DNA of 62,698 nucleotides, filler included, from Candidatus Omnitrophota bacterium (lineage in GTDB: Bacteria; Omnitrophota; Gorgyraeia; Tantalellales; Tantalellaceae): the NCBI GenBank assembly GCA_043813915.1. It is 5 parts of 5 records of this genome, joined end to end, with 100 filler letters (N's around TTAATTAATTAA, not from the genome) between each part and the next. Parts side by side here need not be neighbours in the genome. Positions count along the whole stretch, not along the records: positions 1 to 21,082 come from JBDRKO010000034.1; 4 more parts are not named here. One strand, written 5' to 3'. The notes beneath the pieces were generated by a model. The model had not been told where the DNA came from, did not search any database, and saw nothing but the letters and a program-made list of their open reading frames with translations. Below, one piece after another: positions 1 to 9,510 of the stretch. How positions within the stretch are numbered: position 1 is the stretch's first letter; each line of letters opens with the position of its first letter. A program made the translations under genes and the position numbers.

Positions 1-154
1 TGGCATAAAAGCATCCTTTTTAGTGTGAAACAGTTTTAACCCCTACTACTATAGACACAAAAAAAAGCATTTTTCTCCGAATTATTTTAAAAAATAAGTT
101 AAGAGATAAATATTTGTTTCATAACTCGTTTAATTTAAAAGGTATCAGTAAAGC

Positions 155-238
155 GTCTACGAAGACTATACGAAGATATCGAAGACTATCCAAGAGTGTT
201 GCAATAGCTACTTGAACCTAAGGTCTACGAAGACTATC
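155..238 (+). repeat. Short direct repeats with CGAAGA(C)TAT core, 4 copies, around the solo IS end
   Basis: GTCTACGAAGACTAT at 155-169 and 223-237; shorter copies within 170-190. Confidence 0.8.
191..222 (-). mobile_element. Solo IS30 left end (inverted copy)
   Basis: 191-223 is the reverse complement of 20012-20044 at 32/33 nt; flanks do not match the IS interior. Confidence 0.85.
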
Positions 239-329
239 AGCACATAAACGGTATACATATGAGTATTATAGCACAGGGTTTGTTTTTTTGAAGACGCAGA
301 AAAGACGAAGCAGGATGGTGGAGAGAAAT

Positions 330-376
330 GGTTCTTCGAAGCCAAATAATATACAAATAATTGGGCGAAGAAGACC
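330..376 (-). repeat. REP-like hairpin with AT-rich loop
   Basis: TTCGCC-(AT-rich)-TATTYGGCTWCG core shared with 1741-1786, 6904-6947, 28367-28412. Confidence 0.65.
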
Positions 377-602
377 CTCTCCGCCAGTGTTTCTCTATTT
401 CATAAGTCGCTTCCAATAAACAAGTTATATACACAGAATATTATCAAATCTCCTATGTGCCCACACCGTATTATGTTACACTTACAGGAGCCTCGGTTAG
501 CCCTTGTTTACATGTCTGCTAAGCCAGAAGAGTTTGCTCTTCGCCATCGCTACGCTCATGCTAATATAGTCAATAAAACCTAAACTTGAAATAACATAAA
601 AA

Positions 603-646
603 AGGTTGTCATTTAGGTTGTCATTTAGGTTGTCATTTGATATACT
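603..646 (+). promoter_or_regulatory. 3x12-bp tandem repeat (putative operator) plus -10 box upstream of fic
   Basis: AGGTTGTCATTT x3 at 603-638; TATACT at 641-646; ATG at 656 with no SD. Confidence 0.65.
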
Positions 647-655
647 TTAAGTAAC

Positions 656-1714
656 ATGTTTAAGCTAAAATATATTATTACAGAGAAAATATTGGATAAT
701 ATCGCTCAGATAACAGCTGGAAGAGAAGTTATCGAAAGGGCGCAGATTATCCCCAAATGGGAGCTGAAATTACAAAAAGAGGCTCGCATACATAATGCCC
801 ATTCTTCTACGAGTATTGAAGGCAATAAATTAACCCTGGAAGAGGTTGAAGCTCTTTCCGAGGGAAAGGAAGTTGTAGCTACACAGAAAGACAAAAAAGA
901 AGTTATAAATTACTTGAAAGCGATAGATTTAATACCGGAATATGCTGAAAAAAGAACGATAAGTAAACAACTTTTTCTCAAGATTCACAAGACTATAACA
1001 GAAGGCACATTAAAAGATAATAAAAATGCAGGGTTTCTTAGAAAACAACAAGTTTTTGTAGGCAGGAGAGTATTTGATGGTACCGGTTTTAAACAAGTAG
1101 TTGAATATATGCCGCCTGATACCAAAGATGTACCACGGCTAGTAGAAGAATTTATGGACTGGCTCAATTCGGATAAAGCACAAAAAGTAAATCCAGTTCT
1201 TCTTGCAGGGATCGTTCATTATGAAACTGCAAGGATACATCCGTTTATAGATGGCAATGGAAGAACTGCCAGACTAATGGCGGCACTCATACTATATAAA
1301 AGTGGCTTTGACCATAGAAGGTTTTTTGCTATTGATGATTATTATGATGAGGACAGACCGTCATATTATAATGCATTAAAAACGGTACAAAAAGCCAAGG
1401 GGGATATAACAGAATGGCTTGAATATTTTACAGATGGGGTTTTATTCTCAATAAATAGAGTTAAAGAAACAATTTCACGACTTGATATTTCAACTAGGGG
1501 GAAGGGTCTGGAGCAGATAGAGTTAACCTCTAAACAAATAAAAATATTGGAAAGAGTTAAGGAGAAAGGTAAAATTACCAATAAGGAATTACAGATTATG
1601 TTAAGTGTGTCACGACAGGCTGTTTTAAAGGAAATATTCAAACTTATAGATGCGGGATTAATAGAACTTGTTGGCAAAGGGAGGAATGCCTATTACAGGT
1701 TTAAAGAGATATAG
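656..1714 (+). CDS. Fic family protein with C-terminal winged HTH
   Basis: Canonical HPFIDGNGRTAR motif, inhibitory-type STSIEGN motif, C-terminal ITNKELQIMLSVSRQAV HTH. Confidence 0.95.
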   Translation: MFKLKYIITEKILDNIAQITAGREVIERAQIIPKWELKLQKEARIHNAHSSTSIEGNKLTLEEVEALSEGKEVVATQKDKKEVINYLKAIDLIPEYAEKRTISKQLFLKIHKTITEGTLKDNKNAGFLRKQQVFVGRRVFDGTGFKQVVEYMPPDTKDVPRLVEEFMDWLNSDKAQKVNPVLLAGIVHYETARIHPFIDGNGRTARLMAALILYKSGFDHRRFFAIDDYYDEDRPSYYNALKTVQKAKGDITEWLEYFTDGVLFSINRVKETISRLDISTRGKGLEQIELTSKQIKILERVKEKGKITNKELQIMLSVSRQAVLKEIFKLIDAGLIELVGKGRNAYYRFKEI

Positions 1715-1740
1715 TCCGTATTGACACGTTTCCAAAACAA

Positions 1741-1786
1741 ATCCTGCTTCGCCAACCTAATTTATATTATTCGGCTTCGCAGGGAT
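1741..1786 (+). repeat. REP-like hairpin with AT-rich loop
   Basis: ATCCTGCTTCGCCAA...TATTCGGCTTCGCAGGGAT. Confidence 0.65.
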
Positions 1787-1885
1787 TAGCTTAAAGGAAT
1801 CGTTTCTTCAAAAAAGCAAACCCCGAGCCACTTTTTAGATATTTCTCATAGGCTTACGTTTTTATGTATTTCTTTACATCTGACC

Positions 1886-1925
1886 TTGACTACATCGGTG
1901 TAATATGATACACTTATCGGTGTAA
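1886..1925 (+). promoter_or_regulatory. sigma70 promoter overlapped by direct repeats
   Basis: TTGACT-17 nt-TACACT; ATCGGTGTAA at 1894 and 1916. Confidence 0.65.
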
Positions 1926-1938
1926 AGGGAGACACTCT

Positions 1939-2484
1939 ATGATATCAATGAAGTCTAAAATAACAAAGGTACTTTTAAATTATTTTTTCCTCAATCCAGA
2001 AGAGAGTCTTTTCGTTAATGAAATATCGCGCAAATTAGACTTGGATAAGAGAAATCTTGTAAAAAAACTTAAAGTTCTCGAGGAAGAGGGGATCCTGGGA
2101 AGTGAGATCAGAGGAAATCAAAAGATATATTCAATAAATCGCTCATATCCATTGTATGAAGAATACAGAAAAATAGTTTTCAAGACTATAGGCATTGAAA
2201 GCAAGCTAAGGAACTTAACTGAAAAAGTAAATGGGATAGAAAAGATGTACCTATTTGGTTCATACGCTAAAGACTCAATGGAGATACATAGCGATATAGA
2301 TTTATTAGTAGTCGGGGATCATAAAATTATGACTTTACAAAAAGAGATAAGCAAATTGCAGAAGGAAATCGGCAGAGAGATTAATGTTGTAAATATGGAT
2401 AAGAAGGAATTTGAAAAAAGAAAAAAGGAAAAAGATCCTTTTATTGAAACTGTTTTTAAAGAAAAAAATATTAAGGTGATATAA
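1939..2484 (+). CDS. HTH + minimal nucleotidyltransferase (MNT antitoxin)
   Basis: LFGSYAK...SDIDLLVV pol-beta motif; N-terminal HTH. Confidence 0.9.
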   Translation: MISMKSKITKVLLNYFFLNPEESLFVNEISRKLDLDKRNLVKKLKVLEEEGILGSEIRGNQKIYSINRSYPLYEEYRKIVFKTIGIESKLRNLTEKVNGIEKMYLFGSYAKDSMEIHSDIDLLVVGDHKIMTLQKEISKLQKEIGREINVVNMDKKEFEKRKKEKDPFIETVFKEKNIKVI

Positions 2485-2885
2485 TGAAATTTGATGATAA
2501 ATATTTTGCAAAATTCAATTTTACGAAAGAACAGATTAATAAAAACCTTAAGAATGCTTTGCGCGATATTGATATTGCAAAAAAAGATGAATTTCTGGAT
2601 GTGAAGTTTAATTACACATATACAGCACTTTTGAAAGCAGGGATTACACTTATTAGTTCCAACGGAAGAAAGGTTAAAAGTGCACGGGGACATCATATCA
2701 AAATCATCGAAAAACTTGCCGAACTTCTTTCCGATGACGGAATCAGTGCTCTAGGGAACCTAATGAGATCAAAGAGAAATTCAGACTTATATGATGGTGG
2801 CATAGAAGTGACTAGTAAAGAATGTAGGGAATATATAAACTTTGTTGAAGAAATTCTAGATAAGGTGCAACGAAAAATAAAATGA
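2484..2885 (+). CDS. HEPN domain protein (putative toxin)
   Basis: Start overlaps MNT stop; helical 133 aa; RNSDLY (RNxxxY) motif. Confidence 0.8.
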   Translation: MKFDDKYFAKFNFTKEQINKNLKNALRDIDIAKKDEFLDVKFNYTYTALLKAGITLISSNGRKVKSARGHHIKIIEKLAELLSDDGISALGNLMRSKRNSDLYDGGIEVTSKECREYINFVEEILDKVQRKIK

Positions 2886-2952
2886 GTTTCAAAAACATAA
2901 ATCTTTATATACCCAAGACGCTCTAGGGGACGATAGATATCAGAGGAGAGAA

Positions 2953-5172
2953 GTGGCTGAATTAAGAACAAAAACGGTCCTTTTATTGTTTTGTATGGTT
3001 TTATCGATCACATACGCGGCGCATGGAAAAGATGTCATAACAAAGATCTCGCCTGAAAATCCGGTAATATCCCTGTATGATCCGTTCATTGTGAAAGCGA
3101 AGGTAAACGTCTCTTTTAAAGACCCGTATGATCCGGAGGAGATCGAACTGAACGCTCATATTACCGATCCTGACGGCCGCGAAATAATTATGTCCGGTTT
3201 TTTTAACGGCAAAAGCAAAACAGCCGAAGTGCGGTATACCCCGGTAAGAACGGGAGGGTATTCCTATTATCTTGAGCTAAAAAAGCAGGGATCTTCGCAG
3301 ATATCGGAAATTTCTTCTTTTGAGGTTGTGGACAGTCTGAATGACGGATTTTTGAGAAAGAGCGGGAACAACGATCGTTATTTTGTATTTGATTCAGGAA
3401 AACCCTTTTTCGGGCTGGGACATAACGTGTGCTGGACCGCCGATAATAGCGCTTCGCTTTTTGAAAATTATTTCTCAAAACTTCAAAAAAACGGGTGCAA
3501 TATATCAAGAGTATGGCTCAATAACGAATGGACACTTAAGATAGAGTTTGATCAGCTCGGGAAATATGATCTGAACGGCAGTAAAGAGCTGGATAGGATA
3601 CTGGAAGCGGCAAGGGAGAACGGAATATACATCATACTTGTGCTCGATTCATATAGTTCACTTATGGCGGAAAAAGGCGGGTGGGGCGAAGAGGCCTGGG
3701 CGAGAAATGTTTATAATAAACGCAATGGAGGGCCTTGTGAAAAACCGTGGGATTTTTTCACTGATCCGGAAGCCAAAAAGTTATACAGAAAAAGGATAAG
3801 ATATATCGTATCCCGTTGGGGGTACTCACCTAATATTCTCGCGTTTGAGTTTTGGAATGAATTGGATGCGCCTCAGGAATGGATAAAGGAAATGGCAAAC
3901 TATATTCGATCCATAAACCCTCATGGCCAGGCTATTACGACAAGTTTAGGTTATCCTTGGTCGAATAATTTTGATGAATCAACGATATGGTCGTTAAAAG
4001 AAATAGATCTTGTGCAGCGCCATCTTTACGGTAATATGGCGGAAGATATTATAGAATATGTCATTTCAACGAACCGAATATTCGCGGAAAAGTACAGAAA
4101 ACCCTTATCCGTAGAAGAGTTCGGCATAGACGGCGGCGAAAACGACGATAAACGCGATCCGAAAGGAAAAGGCGTTACATTGCATAACGGTATCTGGGCC
4201 GCGTCGCTTTCCGGGTCATTCAGCGGCGCCATGGGCTGGTGGTGGGATACGTATATGCGCAAGAACGACCTTTATTTTAATTACCGCTCATTCCGGGATT
4301 TTATCGAAGGTGTTGACTGGAACTCAAAGAAGGTCGTCTTTGCGGAAACATCGCCTGTTATGCAAAAAATTCCCGAGGGAGAAGAAATTACTTATTCGGA
4401 TGCTACGATTTTCGGAAAAGAGATATGGGGAGATATGACATACAGCGAATTCACCGTAGAAAAGAACGGCGACCTTTCAGGCGGCGTACTTAACCATTAT
4501 CTGCACGGAAGTTCGAAGAAAAAGATCAGGGTAGAGCCCGTTATTCACACGGATTATCCTGTTGACGGGAAATTCATCATATATGTCGGGATAGTTTCGC
4601 AGGGAGCGCATCTTGTTGTAACGGTCGACGGCGAGGAGGTCTTATCAAAGGATTTTAAAGCTGGACCACCGGGTGAAGGGCCGTGGAAGAACAGTTTTCA
4701 AAGGGATGATATCGAAAACGGGAAAAAGATAAAGATATACCAGTGTTATTACGGCACAGCCGAAGAGATCAAGATCCCTAAAGGCAGGCACACCATAAAA
4801 ATATCAAACACCGGAAAAGATTGGATCGGCTTAAAGCGTATAGTCCTTACCGATCATAAAGGCAGTGATGTCGCTAACGCGAGAATGGCCGGACTCATTG
4901 TGGGGAAGGATATGCTTTTTTGGATACAGGATAAAGCATATAACTGGCAGAATGTGGTGAAGGAAGAAGCAGAACTCATGCCGATCAAGAACACGTATTT
5001 TCATTTATCGGATATTGAAGACGGCGGATATGCGATACAATGGTGGGATACCTTTAAAGGAGAAGTCATCTCGCGCGGAAAAACCGAAGCGGTTAATGGT
5101 AAGCTGACCGTTGAGGTGCCGGATTTCTCCAAAGATATAGCCTGCAGAATAAAAAAAGGGGAAGAGTCCTAA
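2953..5172 (+). CDS. Exported GH5-like glycoside hydrolase with DUF5060-like N-terminal domain
   Basis: Signal peptide; clan-A-like FEFWNE and VEEFG motifs; YIVSRWGYS; WWWD. Confidence 0.75.
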   Translation: MAELRTKTVLLLFCMVLSITYAAHGKDVITKISPENPVISLYDPFIVKAKVNVSFKDPYDPEEIELNAHITDPDGREIIMSGFFNGKSKTAEVRYTPVRTGGYSYYLELKKQGSSQISEISSFEVVDSLNDGFLRKSGNNDRYFVFDSGKPFFGLGHNVCWTADNSASLFENYFSKLQKNGCNISRVWLNNEWTLKIEFDQLGKYDLNGSKELDRILEAARENGIYIILVLDSYSSLMAEKGGWGEEAWARNVYNKRNGGPCEKPWDFFTDPEAKKLYRKRIRYIVSRWGYSPNILAFEFWNELDAPQEWIKEMANYIRSINPHGQAITTSLGYPWSNNFDESTIWSLKEIDLVQRHLYGNMAEDIIEYVISTNRIFAEKYRKPLSVEEFGIDGGENDDKRDPKGKGVTLHNGIWAASLSGSFSGAMGWWWDTYMRKNDLYFNYRSFRDFIEGVDWNSKKVVFAETSPVMQKIPEGEEITYSDATIFGKEIWGDMTYSEFTVEKNGDLSGGVLNHYLHGSSKKKIRVEPVIHTDYPVDGKFIIYVGIVSQGAHLVVTVDGEEVLSKDFKAGPPGEGPWKNSFQRDDIENGKKIKIYQCYYGTAEEIKIPKGRHTIKISNTGKDWIGLKRIVLTDHKGSDVANARMAGLIVGKDMLFWIQDKAYNWQNVVKEEAELMPIKNTYFHLSDIEDGGYAIQWWDTFKGEVISRGKTEAVNGKLTVEVPDFSKDIACRIKKGEES

Positions 5173-5272
5173 GTAATTTCTAAAACCCTTCAAATATAAC
5201 GGACAAAGTGATATAATAATTCATCCGGGATCGCCTGGCGGAAAAACGATCATGAGCAGGAGAATAAGTAAT

Positions 5273-5896
5273 ATGAAAAAATATCTTATATTGTTGGTCC
5301 TATTAAGCTTTAGTCCTTACGTTTTTGCCGCCCCCGTGGAAAGCTCCCGGGCTGACGTACCGGAAACCGCGGATATCGGTGAATATGTTTTGAAGGATGA
5401 GTTTGTATCGGACCTGGATGGGTGCGGACAAGAAGAAAAAGCCGCGCTTTTATACCGTGATATACCTGAGATGTTCACGAATTTCACTCTACAGGTCAAG
5501 AAGGCTAAACGGACTTTTGATCTGGATAGCGCCATCCTTGCCCCAAAAGATCAATGTATTTTAGAGGAGATCGTCATTTCCCCGGAGCATAAGCCTTTGA
5601 TAGGAATATCTTATCCTACGGGGGGACACAGCGAATGGCTTGGTATATACTCGTTTGACGGCAAGACTCTTTCCGAAGTGAATAATCTTTTCTCGGACAG
5701 ACCTTCCATAGTTATTAAAGACGTTGATGACGACGGGGTGAAAGACATAGAGATCATTAACAGGGATAATGAAAATGACCCCAGTGAAGACAGTTATATT
5801 AAAATTTACAAATATAAAGACGGTAAATTCAAAACGTTTTCGGTCTACCGGACCAAGACCGGGACATATCTGCCGGAAGACAAAATTGAGGAATGA
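5273..5896 (+). CDS. Exported hypothetical protein (DxDxDG motif)
   Basis: MKKYLILL...VFA signal peptide; DVDDDGVKDI; alternative start 5252. Confidence 0.7.
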   Translation: MKKYLILLVLLSFSPYVFAAPVESSRADVPETADIGEYVLKDEFVSDLDGCGQEEKAALLYRDIPEMFTNFTLQVKKAKRTFDLDSAILAPKDQCILEEIVISPEHKPLIGISYPTGGHSEWLGIYSFDGKTLSEVNNLFSDRPSIVIKDVDDDGVKDIEIINRDNENDPSEDSYIKIYKYKDGKFKTFSVYRTKTGTYLPEDKIEE

Positions 5897-6044
5897 ACTG
5901 CTGCCAAAAAGAACGGGAGAATATGCGTAAGTCTTTCGGTCCTGAAAACGCCATGAAGGATTGTTTTAAGAGAGTTAAGACAAATATGAGGACGGTTTAT
6001 GTCCCCGAATGATCTATTTAACAGATTTTAACAGGGAGGTTCAC

Positions 6045-6455
6045 GTGAAGAAAATATTTAAACTGATCTTAATATCCTTAAGCATCCTTATACTGAGAGC
6101 TCCATTAGGTCTCTGTGAACAGGAACTGGCCGAAAGTATTGAAAAGGATTATTATGACAACGGAGCCCTAAAATCCGAAATCACATATTTGGGCGGAAAA
6201 GCCAACGGGCCGGCAAGGTATTATCACGAAAACGGACTGCTTTCGGAGGAATACCTGATCAAAGACGATAAAGTAGAAGACGGGATTTATGTAGGATACG
6301 ATAAGAGCGGACAACCGGCATCAGAGATAATCTTTAAGAACGGCGAACGTATTTCCGACAAGCTTATCGGAGCATCGGAAGATGTGCCTTCCGAAAAACC
6401 CGCTCCGGTAAAAGAAATTATTGTGATTGAAGAAAAGGAATTATCGGACGATTAA
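6045..6455 (+). CDS. Exported MORN-variant repeat (YwqK-like) protein
   Basis: YYDNGALKSE / YYHENGLLSEE repeats; AGGGAGG SD before GTG 6045. Confidence 0.75.
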   Translation: MKKIFKLILISLSILILRAPLGLCEQELAESIEKDYYDNGALKSEITYLGGKANGPARYYHENGLLSEEYLIKDDKVEDGIYVGYDKSGQPASEIIFKNGERISDKLIGASEDVPSEKPAPVKEIIVIEEKELSDD

Positions 6456-6484
6456 TTTTGCGCGGCGAGTGAGAAGTGAATGAT

Positions 6485-6795
6485 CAATAGCATAGGGCAC
6501 AGCGCGTAGAGTTTGTGGGTTTGTATTTTAGTATAGCGTATATCGCCACCACAGTCTAAAAGTCGAAATGTCGAAAGTCCAAAAGTCGTGATCCGTAATT
6601 CGCGAATCGACAGAGATTGTTTCACCCCTCACATGTGTTCGGGGTTCCCGCCTTCGCCAAGGCTACGGCGGACAGGCGCAATGACGGGGGCTTCTCGTCC
6701 TGACACTCTGATACTCTGACCCGTTGACACTTCTTTTAATCGGACCTCTGCCCTATGCTCTCTAGCCTCTAAACAGGGAAACGTCCCGAATTTTA
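6485..6795. repeat. Mosaic of REP-like and short-period repeats
   Basis: GAGATTG...GCAATGAC enclosing CCGCCTTCGCCAAGGCTACGGCGG; AGCATAGGGCA with inverted copy TGCCCTATGCT; GGGAAACGTCCCGAATT. Confidence 0.75.
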
Positions 6796-6823
6796 CTGAA
6801 TTTTAGCCATAACAAAAGTAGGC

Positions 6824-6852
6824 TTGACTTTTTATAACTTGTGATGTAGACT
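6824..6852 (+). promoter_or_regulatory. sigma70 promoter
   Basis: TTGACT-17 nt-TAGACT. Confidence 0.55.
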
Positions 6853-6986
6853 TAGTTTATACAAATTATTGTCCTGAGTTAGGAAGGGTTAAATCCTGGA
6901 CATTCCGCCTTCGACAAACTAAGCTAAAGTTATTCGGCTACGGTGGATCAGCCTGAAAGGGAATTTCGGCGGCTGAGAAAATAAGT

Positions 6987-7027
6987 AAAACCTTCGATCG
7001 GGGGATTCTGCCGGTCGGAGGTTTTTT
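6987..7027 (+). terminator. Intrinsic terminator in a 5' leader
   Basis: AAAACCTTCGATCGG/CCGGTCGGAGGTTTT stem followed by T-run, upstream of the 7067 ATG. Confidence 0.7.
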
Positions 7028-7066
7028 GTTTGTTCAAGGAGAGAGAATAGACGCAAAGAGGTTTTC

Positions 7067-7357
7067 ATGGAGAAGAGTAAAGGGACGTATTCGATGTTAT
7101 TTAAACATAGATGTCCAGAATGTTATCGAGAATACGATGATACTTGGGACGTGTGCCTTCATTGCGAAAAGAAACTGGGATATTATCTTATCGACGAAGA
7201 AAATGTTGTGCTGTTCGCGGTGGATGTTAATAGATTAATGACAGACGCGCATAAAAGTATGAAAGAAGAGAAAACCGAGTTCGATAATGCATGGGTTGTA
7301 TATGCTATTTGTTCTATCATCTGGGCTATTTGCAGAGTCGTGATAGATAGGTCATAG
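7067..7357 (+). CDS. Small zinc-ribbon protein with C-terminal TM helix
   Basis: CPEC...CLHC; hydrophobic C-terminus; GAGG SD. Confidence 0.6.
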   Translation: MEKSKGTYSMLFKHRCPECYREYDDTWDVCLHCEKKLGYYLIDEENVVLFAVDVNRLMTDAHKSMKEEKTEFDNAWVVYAICSIIWAICRVVIDRS

Positions 7358-7498
7358 AGGCCGATCTCAACCGCATGCTAATACTTCCTCTGGTCCCATC
7401 CCTCTAGCTCCTTCTCTCCGAATTTGTCTATTTCCATGGCGGAGTGTATGCTTTTGTAAGGATCAATAGGAGGATCATGAAAAGCATACGGGGAAGAC

Positions 7499-8713
7499 GT
7501 GCGTAAACAAAAATGTATACTCACATATGCGCGGTCATGGATCGCACTTGCGGCGACGAGGTGTCTTGGTAAACACGGTATTTACGTTATTACGGGTGAT
7601 ACCGAACGCGGCGCGGCCGCTAACTTTTCGCGGTATTCCAAAGAACATTTTGTCTATCCTGATCCCGCTGCGGATCCCGACGGGTTTGTCGACAGATTAG
7701 TTGACATAGCCAAGTCCCACACCGATGTTGATACAGACCTTGTGCTCATGCCGATGTATACCGAGATTTATCCGGTCCTTTGCCGTCAAGACAGATTTGA
7801 AGGTTTAGTTAAAATGGTGCTCCCGCCGAAAGAAGCGTATGAACTCGTTCGGAATAAAGCGGAGCTTGCAGCGCATTGCAATAAGTTCGGCATACGCATT
7901 CCTTCGACCGTTGTTTCCGGAAACGCCGATGAGTTCTATTCCGGAGCGCGCAACATGGAGTATCCGGCGTTCGTGAAAATCCCGGCCGGCTCGGGATCGT
8001 TAGGTATCCGCAAAGCGGCGTGTTATGATGAAGCGGTCAAGACATTTGACGAGATGGTCCTGCGGTATAAGATCACGGATCCACGGCAGTTCCCGATGCT
8101 CCAGGCATGCGTCGGGGGAACGGATCATTGTTCGGCATTTCTTTTTGATCATGGTGAGTTCCGCGCAGCGATGACTTACCGTAATGTTGTTGATTTTCCT
8201 AAAGGTAAAGGTGTAGGAGCATTGCGCGAAACTGTGGACGCGCATGCGCTTGAAAAGATCGGACGCAAACTGCTGGAACATCTAGGCTGGAACGGTGTTT
8301 GCCAGATAGATTTCAGGTGGGACGGAGCCGGCGAACCGTGGCTTATCGAGATCAACCCGCGTTTTTGGGGAGGTCTCGCGCAATCTATAGCGTCAGGCTG
8401 GGTATTTCCCGTATGGATGTATGATCTTGCGCTCAAAGGACGTATTGAACTGCCGCATCCTGAAAAAAGCGATGTGCGCACGATCAACCCGGTGCTCATG
8501 GCATCGCGTATGGCCCAGGACCTTTTCGCCGGAAGGGGAAAGGACATTGCGGGTCTCATAAAAGAGCAGCGCGGAGCGGTCAATGAGTTTTTTTCGTGGA
8601 AAGATCCGCTGCCGGTACTGGGGCTAGCATATCCTCTCATGGTATATCTCAAACATGGTAAGATCACTCCGGAACTTCTCATCGGGGAAAAAGGGATGCA
8701 TAGGAATGAGTAG
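7499..8713 (+). CDS. ATP-grasp domain carboxylate-amine ligase-like protein
   Basis: YPAFVKIP.GSGSLG; LIEINPRFWG; DPLP. Confidence 0.85.
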   Translation: MRKQKCILTYARSWIALAATRCLGKHGIYVITGDTERGAAANFSRYSKEHFVYPDPAADPDGFVDRLVDIAKSHTDVDTDLVLMPMYTEIYPVLCRQDRFEGLVKMVLPPKEAYELVRNKAELAAHCNKFGIRIPSTVVSGNADEFYSGARNMEYPAFVKIPAGSGSLGIRKAACYDEAVKTFDEMVLRYKITDPRQFPMLQACVGGTDHCSAFLFDHGEFRAAMTYRNVVDFPKGKGVGALRETVDAHALEKIGRKLLEHLGWNGVCQIDFRWDGAGEPWLIEINPRFWGGLAQSIASGWVFPVWMYDLALKGRIELPHPEKSDVRTINPVLMASRMAQDLFAGRGKDIAGLIKEQRGAVNEFFSWKDPLPVLGLAYPLMVYLKHGKITPELLIGEKGMHRNE

Positions 8714-8740
8714 GCGCCCGAAAGCTAGAAGGAAGTCAAA

Positions 8741-8968
8741 GTGTCCGAGTGTCAGAAGACAGAAGACAGAAAGAACAGTTTGAAAATGTTTTTCGTTTCT
8801 ATTCTTCTGATCGGGGTTCTGCTCTTTCTTAACGGTTGTGCCGTCATGCGTCCGATCTCTCAACTTGTGGGCGGCGTAGCGAACATTGCTAGCGGTGCTG
8901 TAGGCATGGTTTCTAATGCTGCGGTCAAAGCGGCACCGGCCGTTCTTCCTTTTCTTTTTCTTCTTTGA
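8741..8968 (+). CDS. Small lipoprotein
   Basis: Hydrophobic stretch ending in LNGC lipobox; start uncertain. Confidence 0.55.
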   Translation: MSECQKTEDRKNSLKMFFVSILLIGVLLFLNGCAVMRPISQLVGGVANIASGAVGMVSNAAVKAAPAVLPFLFLL

Positions 8969-9154
8969 TCCGCTATCTTTCTTTTTCGCTTAAAGCACAG
9001 TTATCTCTTGTCCGACAGTTAGAAATACAATAACCGTTATGTAAGCGTTTACGGTGGGAACTTTATTTATATAGAGCGCAATACTATAAATAGATGTGAC
9101 TTCGATCTATATCACGATATAATGTTACTTAAGGTTTGAAAATAGGAGGTTAGA

Positions 9155-9343
9155 ATGAAACCAACGCACATTATCTTAACTAGTCTGGGAATTTTGTTTT
9201 TTATTGTTTTGGTCCAAAACACACAGGTTGTTTCTCTTAGATTTTTATTTTGGGAATTAAGTATGTCCAGGATCATACTTTTGCCGCTCGTTACGCTTGT
9301 TGGGTTTGTGATCGGCTTTTTTATCGGACGTAAGTCCGTTTAA
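9155..9343 (+). CDS. LapA (DUF1049)-family small membrane protein
   Basis: QNTQVVSLRFLFW signature; two TM helices; AGGAGG SD. Confidence 0.85.
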   Translation: MKPTHIILTSLGILFFIVLVQNTQVVSLRFLFWELSMSRIILLPLVTLVGFVIGFFIGRKSV

Positions 9344-9510
9344 ACTGATCTAAAAACGTCCTATTTAACATCATGACCCATCCTGCTTTACAGAACAAAT
9401 ATTTATCACTTAACACCTTCTTTCTTTACGAGTATAATACTCACCATGCGGTTTAATGACGTTAAATATTCAATATAAAGCGTTGTATCTATTTTGAAAA
9501 AAGGAGGACC

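Noticed and set aside
1..20. Minus-strand gene start (AAAGGA SD, ATG CCA) at the window edge
   Set aside because: Only two codons are visible, so no product can be assigned
155..238. Mini CRISPR array with an anti-IS spacer
   Set aside because: Repeats are only 10-16 nt and irregular, there is one spacer and no cas genes
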